Positions 12,097 to 23,495 of a DNA stretch of 64,000 nt are shown one piece after another. The stretch's first letter is position 1. Each line of letters opens with the position of its first letter. The notes under the pieces were generated by a model, which did not search any database, was not told the DNA's origin, and saw only the letters and a program-made list of their open reading frames with translations. Source of the stretch: Lama glama (taxonomy: Eukaryota); contig CM052816.1 of assembly GCA_028534125.1 (NCBI GenBank), positions 14,076,001-14,140,000 on the forward strand, read 5' to 3'. The translations under genes were made by a program, and so were the position numbers.

Positions 12097-12483
12097 TAAC
12101 AAGACTTTCTCCCTGACCAAACTTTCATTAGGCTTCTCCGAGCCACAAGCCCTCTTGTCAATGTCGGCCTTGGCCTTCCTTGCCAGACCTGCATAGCCCT
12201 GTCTCAGCAAGAATCCTATTCAGCTTGAAGAGAATCCCCTGACCTTTGATATGTCCATCCTTGGCCTGCCTTTACCAAGTACTCTGTTAGATTAGTTTAG
12301 TAAGAATCCCCTACCCTTGACGTCTCCTCTTAGTAACCCTGCTCCTTGGGGATGAATCCCCACCTGTCACTGTATTCCAAGTTCAGCCCCATCTCTCCAG
12401 GATACTGCAATACCCCTATTGCAATAGCCCTGAATAAAATCTTCCTTTTCATTTTAATAAATGTCAGAAGTTTTTCTTTAACA
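12097..12483 (+). mobile_element. ERV1 LTR, MER31-like
   Basis: 'ctccctgaccaaactttcattaggcttctcc', repeated 'aagaatcccctacccttga', 'tgaataaaatcttcc', ending 'tttttctttaaca'. Confidence 0.8.
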
Positions 12484-13664
12484 GCCTTAATGCTTGCTTC
12501 AAGTACAAGGGCCTCCCCTTCCTGAAAAGTCTCCATTCATATCCCAGTCAAATCCCAACTGGGATTTCCTGATCCAAGAGCCACCTCTCTCTCCTACTGC
12601 CCACAAGCAATCCTGTAACAACCAACACATCGGTTTCCCCACCACCACCCTGTGGCTCTTTGCTTCTCGCGGGCCAGCTGCCAGCCCCCCACCTGCCCAG
12701 CAGCCTGCCAGCCCCCCGCTTCCCGACAGCCTATTCACGCAGAGAACACGGCTACGAAAATACAGAAACGCACTTCCCATCTGGAAACACCTCAGAGCTA
12801 AATATTATGTAGGATGTGATGGTGTTCGTCTACCCAGCGCGAGGCTAAGAGAAACACTGAGACAGGAGACGGCTGCCAGCGAGAGGGCCAGTGCGTCAGC
12901 AAAAGCTAAATTTAGCAACTGAAGCCTCTAACTTCATTCTTTCAGGAAAAAGAGCGGCAGGAGAAAAATGTATGCGCATATTTTAATGAAAGAACCTTTG
13001 AGAGAGGGAGAGAGTCCACATCCTCACTGACCTGCAGAAATGAGGGTGGAGAAGGAGCTCTCTTGCGAAGCCTGCCCCAAGTCAGAGGAAGGGCTCTGCT
13101 AGCCCGGCCCCCATCCAGGGAGCCCTGGTTTTGGGGGGCGGAGGGGTACGGCCCCTCTTGGGACTGAGTGATGTCCTGGTACAAAGAAACCGCAGACTGG
13201 GAAATTCACATGGTAACTGCTGGGGACCAGGGGAGCAGGTGGATTCTGAAAAGCTGGAAGTTCTGGAAAAACCTGTAACACAGCTTTCCAACAGATTTGC
13301 TCTTAATTGAGTGGCTAGTATAAAAATACACATCATCTAGGCCCCGGATGCCTCTAAGGAGGGTTGGGAAGCCTGGGAGAAGAGACAGAGACATCCTAGG
13401 CTAAGCAGCACAAACCATCACTGCTGTGTGGCCCCGGCTCCGCCTGCAGCCGCCCCACAGCATAGGGCTGGCTGTCCCTGTCCAGACTGAGGAGGACAGG
13501 TCAGCTGCGCTCTCAGACGCTGTAACGTAGTAAGACACTCTGTTTCTCCATTTGTGTGTACGGAAGCAGGAGGATGCATCGGACACCACCCAACCCCTTC
13601 TAGAATCAAGCCTTCTGCCTTGACCTCCATAAAAGGCTTATCCTTAAAACATTCCATCACCCCC

Positions 13665-14620
13665 ACAAAGGGCTAATATTCTCACTATAAACAGAGTCCT
13701 TATAAACCACTAAGAAAAATACAAGCATCCCAACAGGAAAGTGAGTGGAGTGTGAAGAGCCACTCACAAAAACAAACAACCACTAATTCCACGGGGGAAA
13801 GAAAAAGTACAGCCTTACTGGTACCCAGAAAAGGACACCATTAAAATAAAAGTGAGATAGCTTTTCCCACCCATCAATTGGCAAGTTCCTAAAAATCCAA
13901 GGGTACCCAGCAAGGGCCAGGATTCAGAGAATTCTGAATCCTAGTGCGTTCGCAGTAGACAGCAAGTTGGCCTGACTTACCAGGGGCAGGCTGGCTAGAT
14001 GGAGACAATAATTCTTAAGTGGACACCCCATTAGACCTTTTAGTTCTACCTCTAAAGCTCTGCCCTACAAAATTATTCAAGGATATATACAAAAAATATA
14101 TTGGTAAAGATTTAACCACAGTATTTTATAATCCTCGAAAACTGAAAACTGAAAACTATCCAATAAGAAAGATATATCTATATGGCGAAATATCACAAAA
14201 CTAAAACATGAGACTGCAAAAATGCAAGATATAGGAAAATTGTTATGTTATCTATTAAGTGAAAAACAAATTATACAGCTATATATACGGCAGAATCACA
14301 TTTGATGCATGGGGGAAGGGTATAGCTCAGTGGTACAATGTGTGCTTGGCATACACAAGGTCCTGGGTTCAATCTCCAGTACCTCCATTGAAAAAATCAG
14401 TAAATAAACCTAATTACCTTCCCCACCACCAAAAAATTATTTTTTAATTTGATGTGTAAACCATCTCTAATACACAAACACACAGAAATAAATACTGGGA
14501 AGAAATACAAGAAATATTACCAGTGTTGCCTCTGGAAGTTGCATGATCATAGGTGGTTCTATTTCTTCACGTTTACTTTGCTGTGCTTTCAAAATCCTTA
14601 ACCAGGTAAGTGATTCTTTT
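13665..14620 (+). mobile_element. Degraded old L1 (L1ME-like) fragments, interrupted by a SINE
   Basis: 'aaagtgagatagcttttcccacccatcaattggcaa', 'tattaagtgaaaaacaaattatacag', 'aatactgggaagaaatacaagaaatattaccagtgttgcctctgg'. Confidence 0.6.
14311..14446 (+). mobile_element. Vic-1-like tRNA-derived SINE
   Basis: 'gggggaagggtatagctcagtggta' (A box), 'gggttcaatctcc' (B box), 'aaataaacctaattacc'; TSD atttgatg(ca/tg)t at 14300-14310 and 14447-14457. Confidence 0.92.
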
Positions 14621-15369
14621 GTATTCAGAAAGTCTACATAACTTTTTAAAAGACACAAAGGGAAAAAAAGTCTTTCCTTCTTCCTAATACATAAAAGGCA
14701 TTGAAATACACCTCCAGCCAGAACCCTGCCATAGGCCCCTTGCCTAGCACGCCCCTTAGAAAACTCCTTCCACACTCACCCTCCAATCCCTGAGGAACTC
14801 TCACTCCCTGGGCCCTACTTTTACGGTTCTTCTTGCCCAAGAAGATCTGTCATCTCCTAGTCACATAAAGAAGGTGGATCACAGCCCAGAGTCTGTCGAG
14901 TCCTTGTCCAGCCTTCTACCTTTAAGCAAATGAAGCTACTGAATGCAGGCGATTTTCATGAGTGTTTCAGAGCTGTCACCTCCTTGGAGCCCCTCTCACA
15001 AAGGAGGGCAGGCAGGCAGGACTCCTGTTTTGCCAAAAGGAAAGTGAGGCTCGGGAATTGAGGGCAGGAGCCCAGCCAGCTCTCTGCAATCCCATTGACT
15101 CTAGGCCCTCCTCAGCCAGCCAGGGACCCCCAGTGGGAGCCAATGGGGCCCTGGCATCCCCAGCCCCGTTTGGCCAGAGGCATGCCTATCTGTTCACCCT
15201 TCAATCTCCCTCATTCATCCCCTTATCAACCCTCTGTCCTTGCTCCTGCTCCCATAATAAAAAGGTTTGGGGAAATGAAAACTTCCTCTCACAACTCATT
15301 AATTTTGTTGACCATCTCATCTTTTACTATCCTGTCACCTTCTGGATTGAGAACTTCCCATTTTCAACG

Positions 15370-15790
15370 CATGAGTCAGAACTCACTCAGCTATGATTGA
15401 CAGAAGCCACCAAAGTTGTCATGGCTTAAGTGGAGAAAAATGGAATTCATTAGCTCATGTTACTGGGGAGTCCAGAGTGCATGTCTAGCTTCAGGCATGG
15501 CTGGATCTAGGGGATCAAACATCAGGAATCTATCTGTCCTTTGTTCGTTTAGAGAGCAAGACAGTCACCAAAAGGCTCACATTTACATCCTACTGATTCC
15601 AGCCAAAGAAGATCATCTTCCCCAGGAGTTCCAGCAGAGAGGTTCTGCCAGGAAGGACTCAACTGGCTAGGTTCACCTGCCCACTCTGAAGAACACAGGG
15701 CAAAGGCCAGTCCCTTCCAGCCACATAGGAAAAGGTGTTCTCTTCTAGGAGGAAGTGGGAGACGCTGGGAAGGAAATCAACAAAAGGTTT
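15370..15790 (-). mobile_element. Old MaLR/ERVL-type LTR (MLT1-like)
   Basis: 'atggcttaag...attagctcatgttactggggagtccaga...gcttcaggcatggctggatctaggggatcaaac'. Confidence 0.55.
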
Positions 15791-15909
15791 CCACCTAACA
15801 AACCTCTCTGACTCTAAGAACAAATTAGTTTCTTGGCACAGGCATTCACTGGCAGCAGAAAGCACGAAAGACACCATCAATCTGGGGTTACTCTGCCACT
15901 CTGCAGTTG

Positions 15910-16200
15910 TGAGACTACCATCACAATTAAGATCCAGAACATTTCCATACCCCAAAATTCCTTTGTGCTAACCTCACCCCCACCCCAATTCTCACCCCCT
16001 GGAAACCACTGATTTGCTTTATGACCTTATAACTGAGTGTCATGAAGTCATATTTCCAGAATATCATGTATCACGAAGTTACTCAGTGTGAAACCTTTTG
16101 AGTCTGGTTTCTTTCACTTATAACGCATTTGAGATTCATCTGTGTTGGTACATTTATCAGGCAGTTCACTCCGTTTGCTGCTGATCACTGAGCTGTATTT
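15910..16200 (-). mobile_element. L1MB/L1MC-like 3' fragment
   Basis: 'accatcacaattaagatccagaacatttccatacccca', 'tggtttctttcacttataacgcatttgagattcatc'. Confidence 0.8.
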
Positions 16201-16304
16201 TACATGCATATAAAATACATATGTATATATATATCGTGAGATTTTAAAAATTCACCTAGAAGCTTGATCTAAGATATTCATAACGTACCCTACATTTATC
16301 AGTA

Positions 16305-16745
16305 TTTTATCTATCAGTTCACCAAATATTTAAGTTTGCTCCGTATGCCTAGGAACAGAGGTGACATCCATGAGCAAGATGACATCTTCATTCTCCTGGT
16401 GCTTCCATTTTAATTCGAAGAGACAGACAATGGATAAATACACACAATATGTCAGAGGTAAGAACTGACATGAAGCGACACAGAGCAGGCTGGAGAGTGG
16501 AGGGGTGGTGTCATTATCACCAAGGGGTCAGGGAAAGCCTCTGAGAGACCCACAGAGAACAAGGGCCCACGCGCCTTGCAATCACCTAGAGAAGAACATG
16601 CCGGCAGAAGGAAGCACCAGAGCAGAGACTCAAGGAGCCTGGAGTGTGTGAGGACCAGCAAGCTGCCCAGTGTCTGTACTGAGCACAGCAAGGGTGGGAG
16701 AGGGTGGAGATGAGGCGAGAGGGAGGGCAGGCTCTCACAAACCAT
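16305..16745 (-). mobile_element. LINE-2 3' fragment
   Basis: 'ttcaccaaatatttaagtttgctccgtatgcc', 'ggtcagggaaagcctctga', 'gcagaaggaagcaccagagcagagactc'. Confidence 0.75.
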
Positions 16746-16854
16746 CTCCACACTACCACCTCCCCAGCTCAGAGACTTCACAGAGCAAAGCCCCTAGGCA
16801 CTGGTGACACCATCTTGCTGTCATCCTATGTCTCCCCAGCACGACCGGCTACAT

Positions 16855-16982
16855 AACTTGCCACTTAAGACTACAAGACAAAAGAGCAACTTCAGGTATG
16901 CAATGAATAATTTTTAATACATGCCTGTCCTCATTATTGCACGGAGTAATTTTTAAGTATGTCCCAAATATCGCACAGGACC
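16855..16982 (+). mobile_element. MER53-like hAT MITE fragment
   Basis: 'ttcaggtatgcaatgaataattttt' and 'taagtatgtcccaaatatcgcacaggac'. Confidence 0.6.
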
Positions 16983-17229
16983 TCCCATCTCCTTTTGCAG
17001 CTACTTCAGAGAGGAAACAAATCTTTGACTAAAGCTCAACTTCTCAGTCCCACACACTCTCCCCTCCTGCATCCTCCTCGCCTTTCCCTCCCCACCCCTG
17101 CCCCTTCAAATGGGAGCCCCATCCCTTCCTCCAACAGTCTCCATCTCAGCCCTGGATGCCCCCTCTCCCGCCTTCTCAGTTCTTTGCACCGTTCACTACC
17201 CATCTCCTCTCTGCATCTTTGACTTCTGC

Positions 17230-18285
17230 TTGTCCAGTGCTCTCTTCTCACCAGCAATTAAATACACTCTAATCGTCCCCATTTTTTTAAACCTTCCCCA
17301 GATCCTCCCACACCTCCCTCCCCTCACTTTCAGGTATCGTGAATGATACCTTCCCTCAACTTTCCGGCATCCGAGGGTCCTGGCCACTTCCTGCTGCCTG
17401 GCCGTCTCCTCCCGCGCTCCATGACGCTGCTCCTGCTATCACGATCCAGATCTTCCTGGCACTCACTTCTCAAGCCTTATCCTTCTCTCTGTCTTCAAGC
17501 CCACTTTTCTGGGCTTTAGTGACACCAAATTCCCCTGACTTCTTCCGTTTGAGGCAGCTCCTTCCCAGTTTGCTCTGTGGACCCCTTTTCCTTACACACC
17601 GGGATTCTGAGGATCTTCTCACCCACAGGAGAACCCAGTTCTCCATGTTAAGAAGTCCTCATCTCTCTGTAGTCGACACCTCTCCTGAGTTTCGGACTCA
17701 GATGTCTATAGGACAGCTCCACTGTATCTCCTGAAACTCCTCATGTCAAACCAACAAAAGAAGAAAGTGGACTCACTCTGCCCCACTCCCGCCCCTGGCA
17801 CCACCTCCTGTTTCCTGTCCCTGAATGGCACAGCCAGTAACCCATGACCACGCCATCAACGCAGGCATCATCTTTGATTCTTCCTCCCCTTCCCCCTGGT
17901 ATCACCAAATCCTATCAGTTCTGATCTCTAAATAGCTCGATTGCATCCATTCCCTTCCCCCACCCTGATTTCAGTCCCCACTCTCCCCTGCAACTGGAAT
18001 CTTTCAACAACCTCCCAGCCCTGGCCTGTTTCCACTCTTGCCACCTCCTGTCTCCACCCAGCAGCCCCAGCTGCTGACACACTCCAGCCCCCTCCCTCAA
18101 GGCTCCCCATCCCAGGATGCGCCCAAGGCTCTCTCAATGTGTTTCAATACCCAGATAGACCAGGCCACTCTTGCCTCTCTCTGGGCTTGTGCGCGTGCCT
18201 TCGTGCCTTTTCCTCTGCCTGGAATGCTCTGTTCACCTCTCTTCTTCCTCACTCCGCAGGGTGGCTAACTGCTCCTCATCAGCCG
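17230..18285 (+). mobile_element. LINE-2 fragment(s)
   Basis: 'acctctcctgagtttcggactc', 'catcatctttgattcttcctc', 'cctttcctctgcctggaatgctct'-type L2 sense motifs. Confidence 0.7.
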
Positions 18286-18617
18286 TGGGAAGCAGTAAGG
18301 AGAGTAGTGAAAGTGATGCTACAGCCACGTTTCCTGCGTCCCAGCCACAGTCCCACCACTTTCTAGGTGGGGGACTTTAACCTTCAGTTTCCCCTTCAGA
18401 AAAATGAGAACAATAACCCAGGGGCTGTCACTGATTGAGCACCCAGCCACTTCCCTTTCTTCCTAACAGAACCCCAATTTTATCCAGGGGCCATCTGCTG
18501 ATTCCAGGGGACCCATCGTGATTGACTGAAGGTACAGAAACCTGCTTTCTTTTTGCTAGTGATTAATTCTGGCCAGTGAAGCATAAGAGGAAGCCTGTGC
18601 AGGGCCTCTGGAAAATA

Positions 18618-19910
18618 CAGTACTACCCTTAGAACCAGGCGAGAGAGGCCCCTGCCCTGGGCCCCATGCTTTAGAGGGTCCTGTCTATCACAGACCACGT
18701 GGACAAGTTCAAGAACACATGGGCACCCCTGTCACACGGCACAACCTACAACCATCAATATCCGCTTTGAGGGGGACGGTATAGTGGTAGAGTGTATGCT
18801 TAGCATGCATGAAGCCCTGGGTTCAATCCCCAGAACCTCCTCTAAAAGTAAATAAATAAATAAACCTAATTACTTCTCTCCCTCTCAAAAAAAAAAAAAA
18901 AAAAACACAACACTTTGATGACTAACACAGTTCAGGCCCAAGAGAAACACATGCCACCTCCTGCCCTAGGTCCTCAAAACAAAATGAAACTGTGTCCAAT
19001 CGAGAAGGCTTATGGACTGTGCTCTGGCCACACCAGAGACCAGCACTGCTGAGGAGTGTGGGGAGGATGGAACGGATGGCAGGAGCACGCAGGTAAGAGA
19101 GAAGACAAATGAGCTTGTCAGACCCTTCCCCTCAGCACAAATGCAACACATTCTTGCAAAATGATGTCTAGAAACTCAGGAGTGCTCAACATCCCCTTTC
19201 TGGCTTCTGTTCCTATTAGGTCCCACAAATTAGCACCATTTTAGCTCCAGGTGCACATGGTGGCTGAGGCACATTTCGCAGAATTTTATCATATTGCATA
19301 TATATATATATGTATGTCATATATGCAGATACATATGTCACATATGTATGCAATATAACATGCAGGAAGTGTAAGACCAATTATTTTCAAAGTGAAATGG
19401 CCACTGAGCACTGTCATTGCAGGCATTAACTTTTTAAAAAATAAAACTAAGATGTCACCTTCAAAATATTAGATGACTTGTTCAGCTTTTAAATCATTTT
19501 GATTAAAATGTTCACATTAATTAAAAATTGTATTTTGCCTTTTAATAGATAAATTTGAACATTTAAGAAGAAATATATCTTGCTAAAAAGATTGTTAGGG
19601 TATTATCTCATTTGAAAATAATTGTGCGATTTAGATAATTCTGTAGGCAACTTGGATGCTTGTTTGCATCTAAAGCCCAGCATTGCACAATATCAAGATA
19701 AATGGTAAAATTCATGCTAATAAGTTGATAATTTTTCTTTACTTAGAACATTCAATAGCAAATTAAAATATCGTGACGGAAGACCACAAAAGAAAGCAAA
19801 AAGCTTTACATTTTTAGTACCTTAAATGGCAACTTTTTTCTTGCTTTTTGAACAAAGGGTCCCACATTTTCCTTTTACATTGGGCCCCACGAATTATGTA
19901 GCTGGTCTTG
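18618..19910 (+). mobile_element. hAT-Tip100 DNA transposon, MER45B/C-like
   Basis: 3' end 'tttttgaacaaagggtcccacattttccttttacattgggccccacgaattatgtagctggtcttg' matches the MER45 terminus; 5' end 'ctgggccccatgctttagagggtcc'. Confidence 0.75.
18771..18905 (+). mobile_element. Vic-1-like SINE with a short A-box deletion
   Basis: 'ggtatagtggtagagtgtatgcttagcatgcatgaagccctgggttcaatcccc', (AAAT)n, 'aaacctaattac', A-tail. Confidence 0.92.
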
Positions 19911-22559
19911 ATGGTAGAGCAGAAAGGAAGAAAGGCTCTGAGTCCTTGATGTCATTGGTGAGCCACTGCCAACCTCAGGACCACCAAGCCCAGATTCCTC
20001 GTTCAGTCGATACTAAACACCATTCTGACTGAAGCCCGCCCCTGTTAGGCTTTGACTTGAGGTTAAGTCAAATGACCGGCAAAGAGCTCAGCTTTGGGCA
20101 CTTACTCTGAGCCATCACGGGCGTAATGATGGAGCTCCTGGACCACTGCTTGGCACGTAACAGGGAGCCATGTCATCCACCGTCTTAATTAAGCGCTAAG
20201 CAAAGGATGCCAATAAAAACGATGTCAGGACCTAAGTACCTCACGGGGCAACTAAGAGTAAACACTCAGCCTTTAAGTTCACATTGCCTGTCTGACCCTG
20301 GTGATTCCACAATGAGTTAAATGCTCTTATATTTGCACCTGGGCTCTGTGGGAGTGGGATCTGTACTCCATCCACTGACATGTCCCCTGAAGTCCGAGAG
20401 GCAGTGCCCAGCAAGGAACGGCACTCAGGCACCGTTTGCTCCTCCGCCAGCATCCTTTGCAATGGCCAGTTCACGCCTGCGGGGATTTTAACAGCAGAGG
20501 GAGGGTGAGCCTAGTGCCCCCACCGCACTGTGTCTAGTTACAGGTCTAGTTCGAGAAGCTATGACTGAGAGTCAAGACAGGAGACCCCGTCCTAGCTAGG
20601 CACGTGCATTGGTCAAATTCCTCTCTTGTCAAGTGATTTTTAAGGTACGCCTTTCTTGTAGAAGCTTGCATGTATCTCATCAGATGCAAAGGAACCTGAT
20701 TTCCTTGCCCCTTCCACCCCTAGACATGGTTCTCCGTATCGAATGGGAACCCAGGCTGGTAACCTGTCTCTTTGACCAAATCCAGGAGCACCCAATCCCC
20801 TCCTGAGAAGGAAAACACCAGCCCAACCCAGGCTCCAACAGGCCAGAAAGGAAGGACAGGGAAAAGGGAAATACAGAGGCTGCTCTCCCCCTCTCCTGCC
20901 CTCTCCTTTTCAGATGGAATCAGCCCGCATTCCCCCGGGGGAACAGATCCAACAGCAGCAGGCAGGTCAGCTGGCCCATCCCAGCTCATGACTGCCATCC
21001 GACCCCACTGGCAGAGCCCTCTTCTGGGTTCAGAAGAAGGAGAATCCTGCTCAGGACATTCGTCAGCATAAAGGACCAACTATGGTTTGGGGGCTAAAAT
21101 CCTTCCAGCCGTCCAACTGCCCACAGCCATGCTCAGGACATCAGTCTACCAGGAGCCCCACTGCAGCCCATCAAATGTAACACGGCCAACTAGACATCAC
21201 TTCTCCTACGGTCTTCTCTAAGGCAGCCCATCCAGCAGAACAGAAGTGGGCTTGGAAACGGTGTAGGCACTCAAGTGGCTTCCACAAGACATGACCACTT
21301 TTGTTTCTCCCACATAGTGTGCCTAGGACTTCAGAAACACTCCTTACCTTTCACTACCCAGAGAGCCTCTTTCTCCATCTGGTTAGGGATCCTTTTTCTT
21401 AACCCCCTCATGAATGCAGCAATGGAGCAGCAATCAAACCTGAAATGAAATTCTGAGTTAATTATATGTCTTTGGACTTAGAGGAAGGCTTTGCCAAGTA
21501 AAGTGAATTCTTTCTGGAACCTTGTGGATTTTTCTCCCTGACCCCTGATATCTTACTTTCCTACTCAATATAAATTTTTTTTTTGAGTTAACTTCACTAG
21601 GTAGAAGGGAAAAAAAAGAAAGAAAAAAAAATATATATATATATCTGGTTGTGGGAAGTGGGGACGAGGAACAAGCAAATACAATGGGGCCCCCAGCCCC
21701 CATCTGTTCCAAATCTTCCCCTCACAGGATGTAATGTCTAAAAAGCAAGAAAAATATTCCTTCCTCTTCCAACATTCAGCAGCTTGCACGTGAAGAGAAG
21801 AATGTCTGGTTACTCTGTGGGTTTTCATCTGCTTGTTAACTCACATGTTGCCGCATTACCCTGGCTGCTGCATCCCCTTTCCCCCCCTCCTCAAACAAAC
21901 CCCATGCTCAGCAGGGTTCACCACTAGCGAAGGGCATCCTGGTTCAGGCAACAAGGAGCTCCCTACCCCCCGACACCACACCGCCAGCCCCTCTGGCAGC
22001 AAGGATTTGTTCTAAGCCTGGCCAATGACTTTTGCAGATTCCTCAGCCTAAGACCAGCGGACGGATGCGTAGGCCCCCAGAGGAAGTTGGGCCACCCCCA
22101 AGGGGAAAAGGAGTGGGCTCAGCTGCCTGAACTTCTTGTCCTGCACCCTCACCCCGGCTTCCAGGCACTTCGCACATGCAGATGTACACACGCAGCCAAC
22201 GCCCGCACATCTCAACAGGAAGGACGGTGCCCAGTACTGCAATCACCATAACCCAGGCCTTTCTGAGACTGGGAGGGTGCTATTTCTACGCAGGGCAGCC
22301 GGCCGAGCTAGGCCAGCTCCAGCTCTATTTCAACCCACACCCACTTTCCATCTTCTGGAGCTCTCCTTGCAATTAAACGAGAAGTCCTTCCTCCCTGTAT
22401 TGCTTGATTTTTACGCAAGGACGGAGGCTCTCATGTAAATGATTGAGAAACCTGCCTGAAAAGATGGAAAAGGACCCGCCTGATCTGCCCCCACCCCTTT
22501 GGCTGTTCACCTTCCTCTCCTCTACCCCCACCCCCAGCCACCTCCTTTGTTTTTGCCAC

Positions 22560-23495
22560 CTTGTACACCAGGGCAACACAGAACCCCTTGCAGGTCTCCA
22601 GATGACCAAAGCTCTCTCTTACCAGGCTCCAAATTCTCCTTCCTTCCAGCCCTGTCATCACTTCCTATCACGTCCTGTTGGACTCTCTGTGCTCTACCGT
22701 CACCCACCCCTCCTCTGACCTTACACATGACGTCCCCCTTGCTGTTACCCAACAGCAACCCTCAGTGCCTTTGCACTTACTGTTCCCTATCCCTGGAGCA
22801 CCTTCTCTTAGGGTGTTTGAAATTCTGGCTCCCTATGGTGATGGAGATTTCTGCCTGAAAATTACCTCCCCCCAGGGGCCTTGCTCACAAACAGTACCCC
22901 ATCACTCGCCATCACTCTCTCGCTGCTCTAACCCACACCTGCTTTATTTTCATTTACAGCACCTTTCATCACCAGTGGCTCTCTCCTTGGCCAAACTTGA
23001 ATCAGGCTCCTCTAAACTCTCTTCTCAAGGAGGCCTTGACCTTGACCTGCCTTCAGCCAAGAATCCTGCTAAGTCGCCCGCCACCCTTGATATCTAATCA
23101 GGTTCCTCATTCCCCAAATTTGATGTGTAAGTCCTTGGCCTGCCTCCGGCAAAAATCCCCTACCCTTGATGTCTCCACATCCACTGACCCCCTCGCACTG
23201 CTGGTGGGCTCTAAGGCCCCAGCTGTCTTCGCTGTGCTCAGAGTTGAGCTCAGTCTCTTTTCTCTATTGCACTCATCTCCAATCCAGGCTGCCCTACCAT
23301 TTTAACAAGCGTCAGAGGAATGGCTCAGTAACACCACCTCACATCATAGGACCTTTCTGTTCACCTATCTCGCTCCACTGGCCTGTAAGCTCCACAAGGG
23401 CGGAGTCTCTGTTTTCCTCTCCTCCAGCTTTCTAGCTTCTAGAAGAGTATCTGACACGCAGCAGACATGCCTCAAATCTTGGCTGAATGTACAAA
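22560..23495 (+). mobile_element. LINE-2 fragment interrupted by an LTR
   Basis: 'cctcagtgcctttgcacttactgttccctatccctggagcacc' before, and 'ctgtaagctccacaagggc...tctgacacgcagcagacatgcctcaaatcttggctgaatg' after the LTR. Confidence 0.75.
22975..23333 (+). mobile_element. ERV1 solo LTR, MER31-like
   Basis: 'ctctctccttggccaaacttgaatcaggctcctct', 'aaatcccctacccttgatgtctcc'; visibly homologous to 12097-12483. Confidence 0.8.

Larger units (their letters stand above)
18430..20032 (+). mobile_element. ERVL LTR16-like element split in two (about 18430-18617 and 19911-20032) by a DNA transposon
   Basis: 'ttcttcctaacagaaccccaattt', 'ttctggccagtgaagcataagaggaagcc' and, after the insertion, 'atggtagagcagaaaggaagaaaggctctgagtccttgatgtcatt'. 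Confidence 0.5.

Noticed and set aside
14311..14395. tRNA gene calls for the SINE heads (here and at the other copies)
   Set aside because: Each is followed by an A-rich linker or tail and most have TSDs; the acceptor stem is not intact, so they are tRNA-derived SINEs
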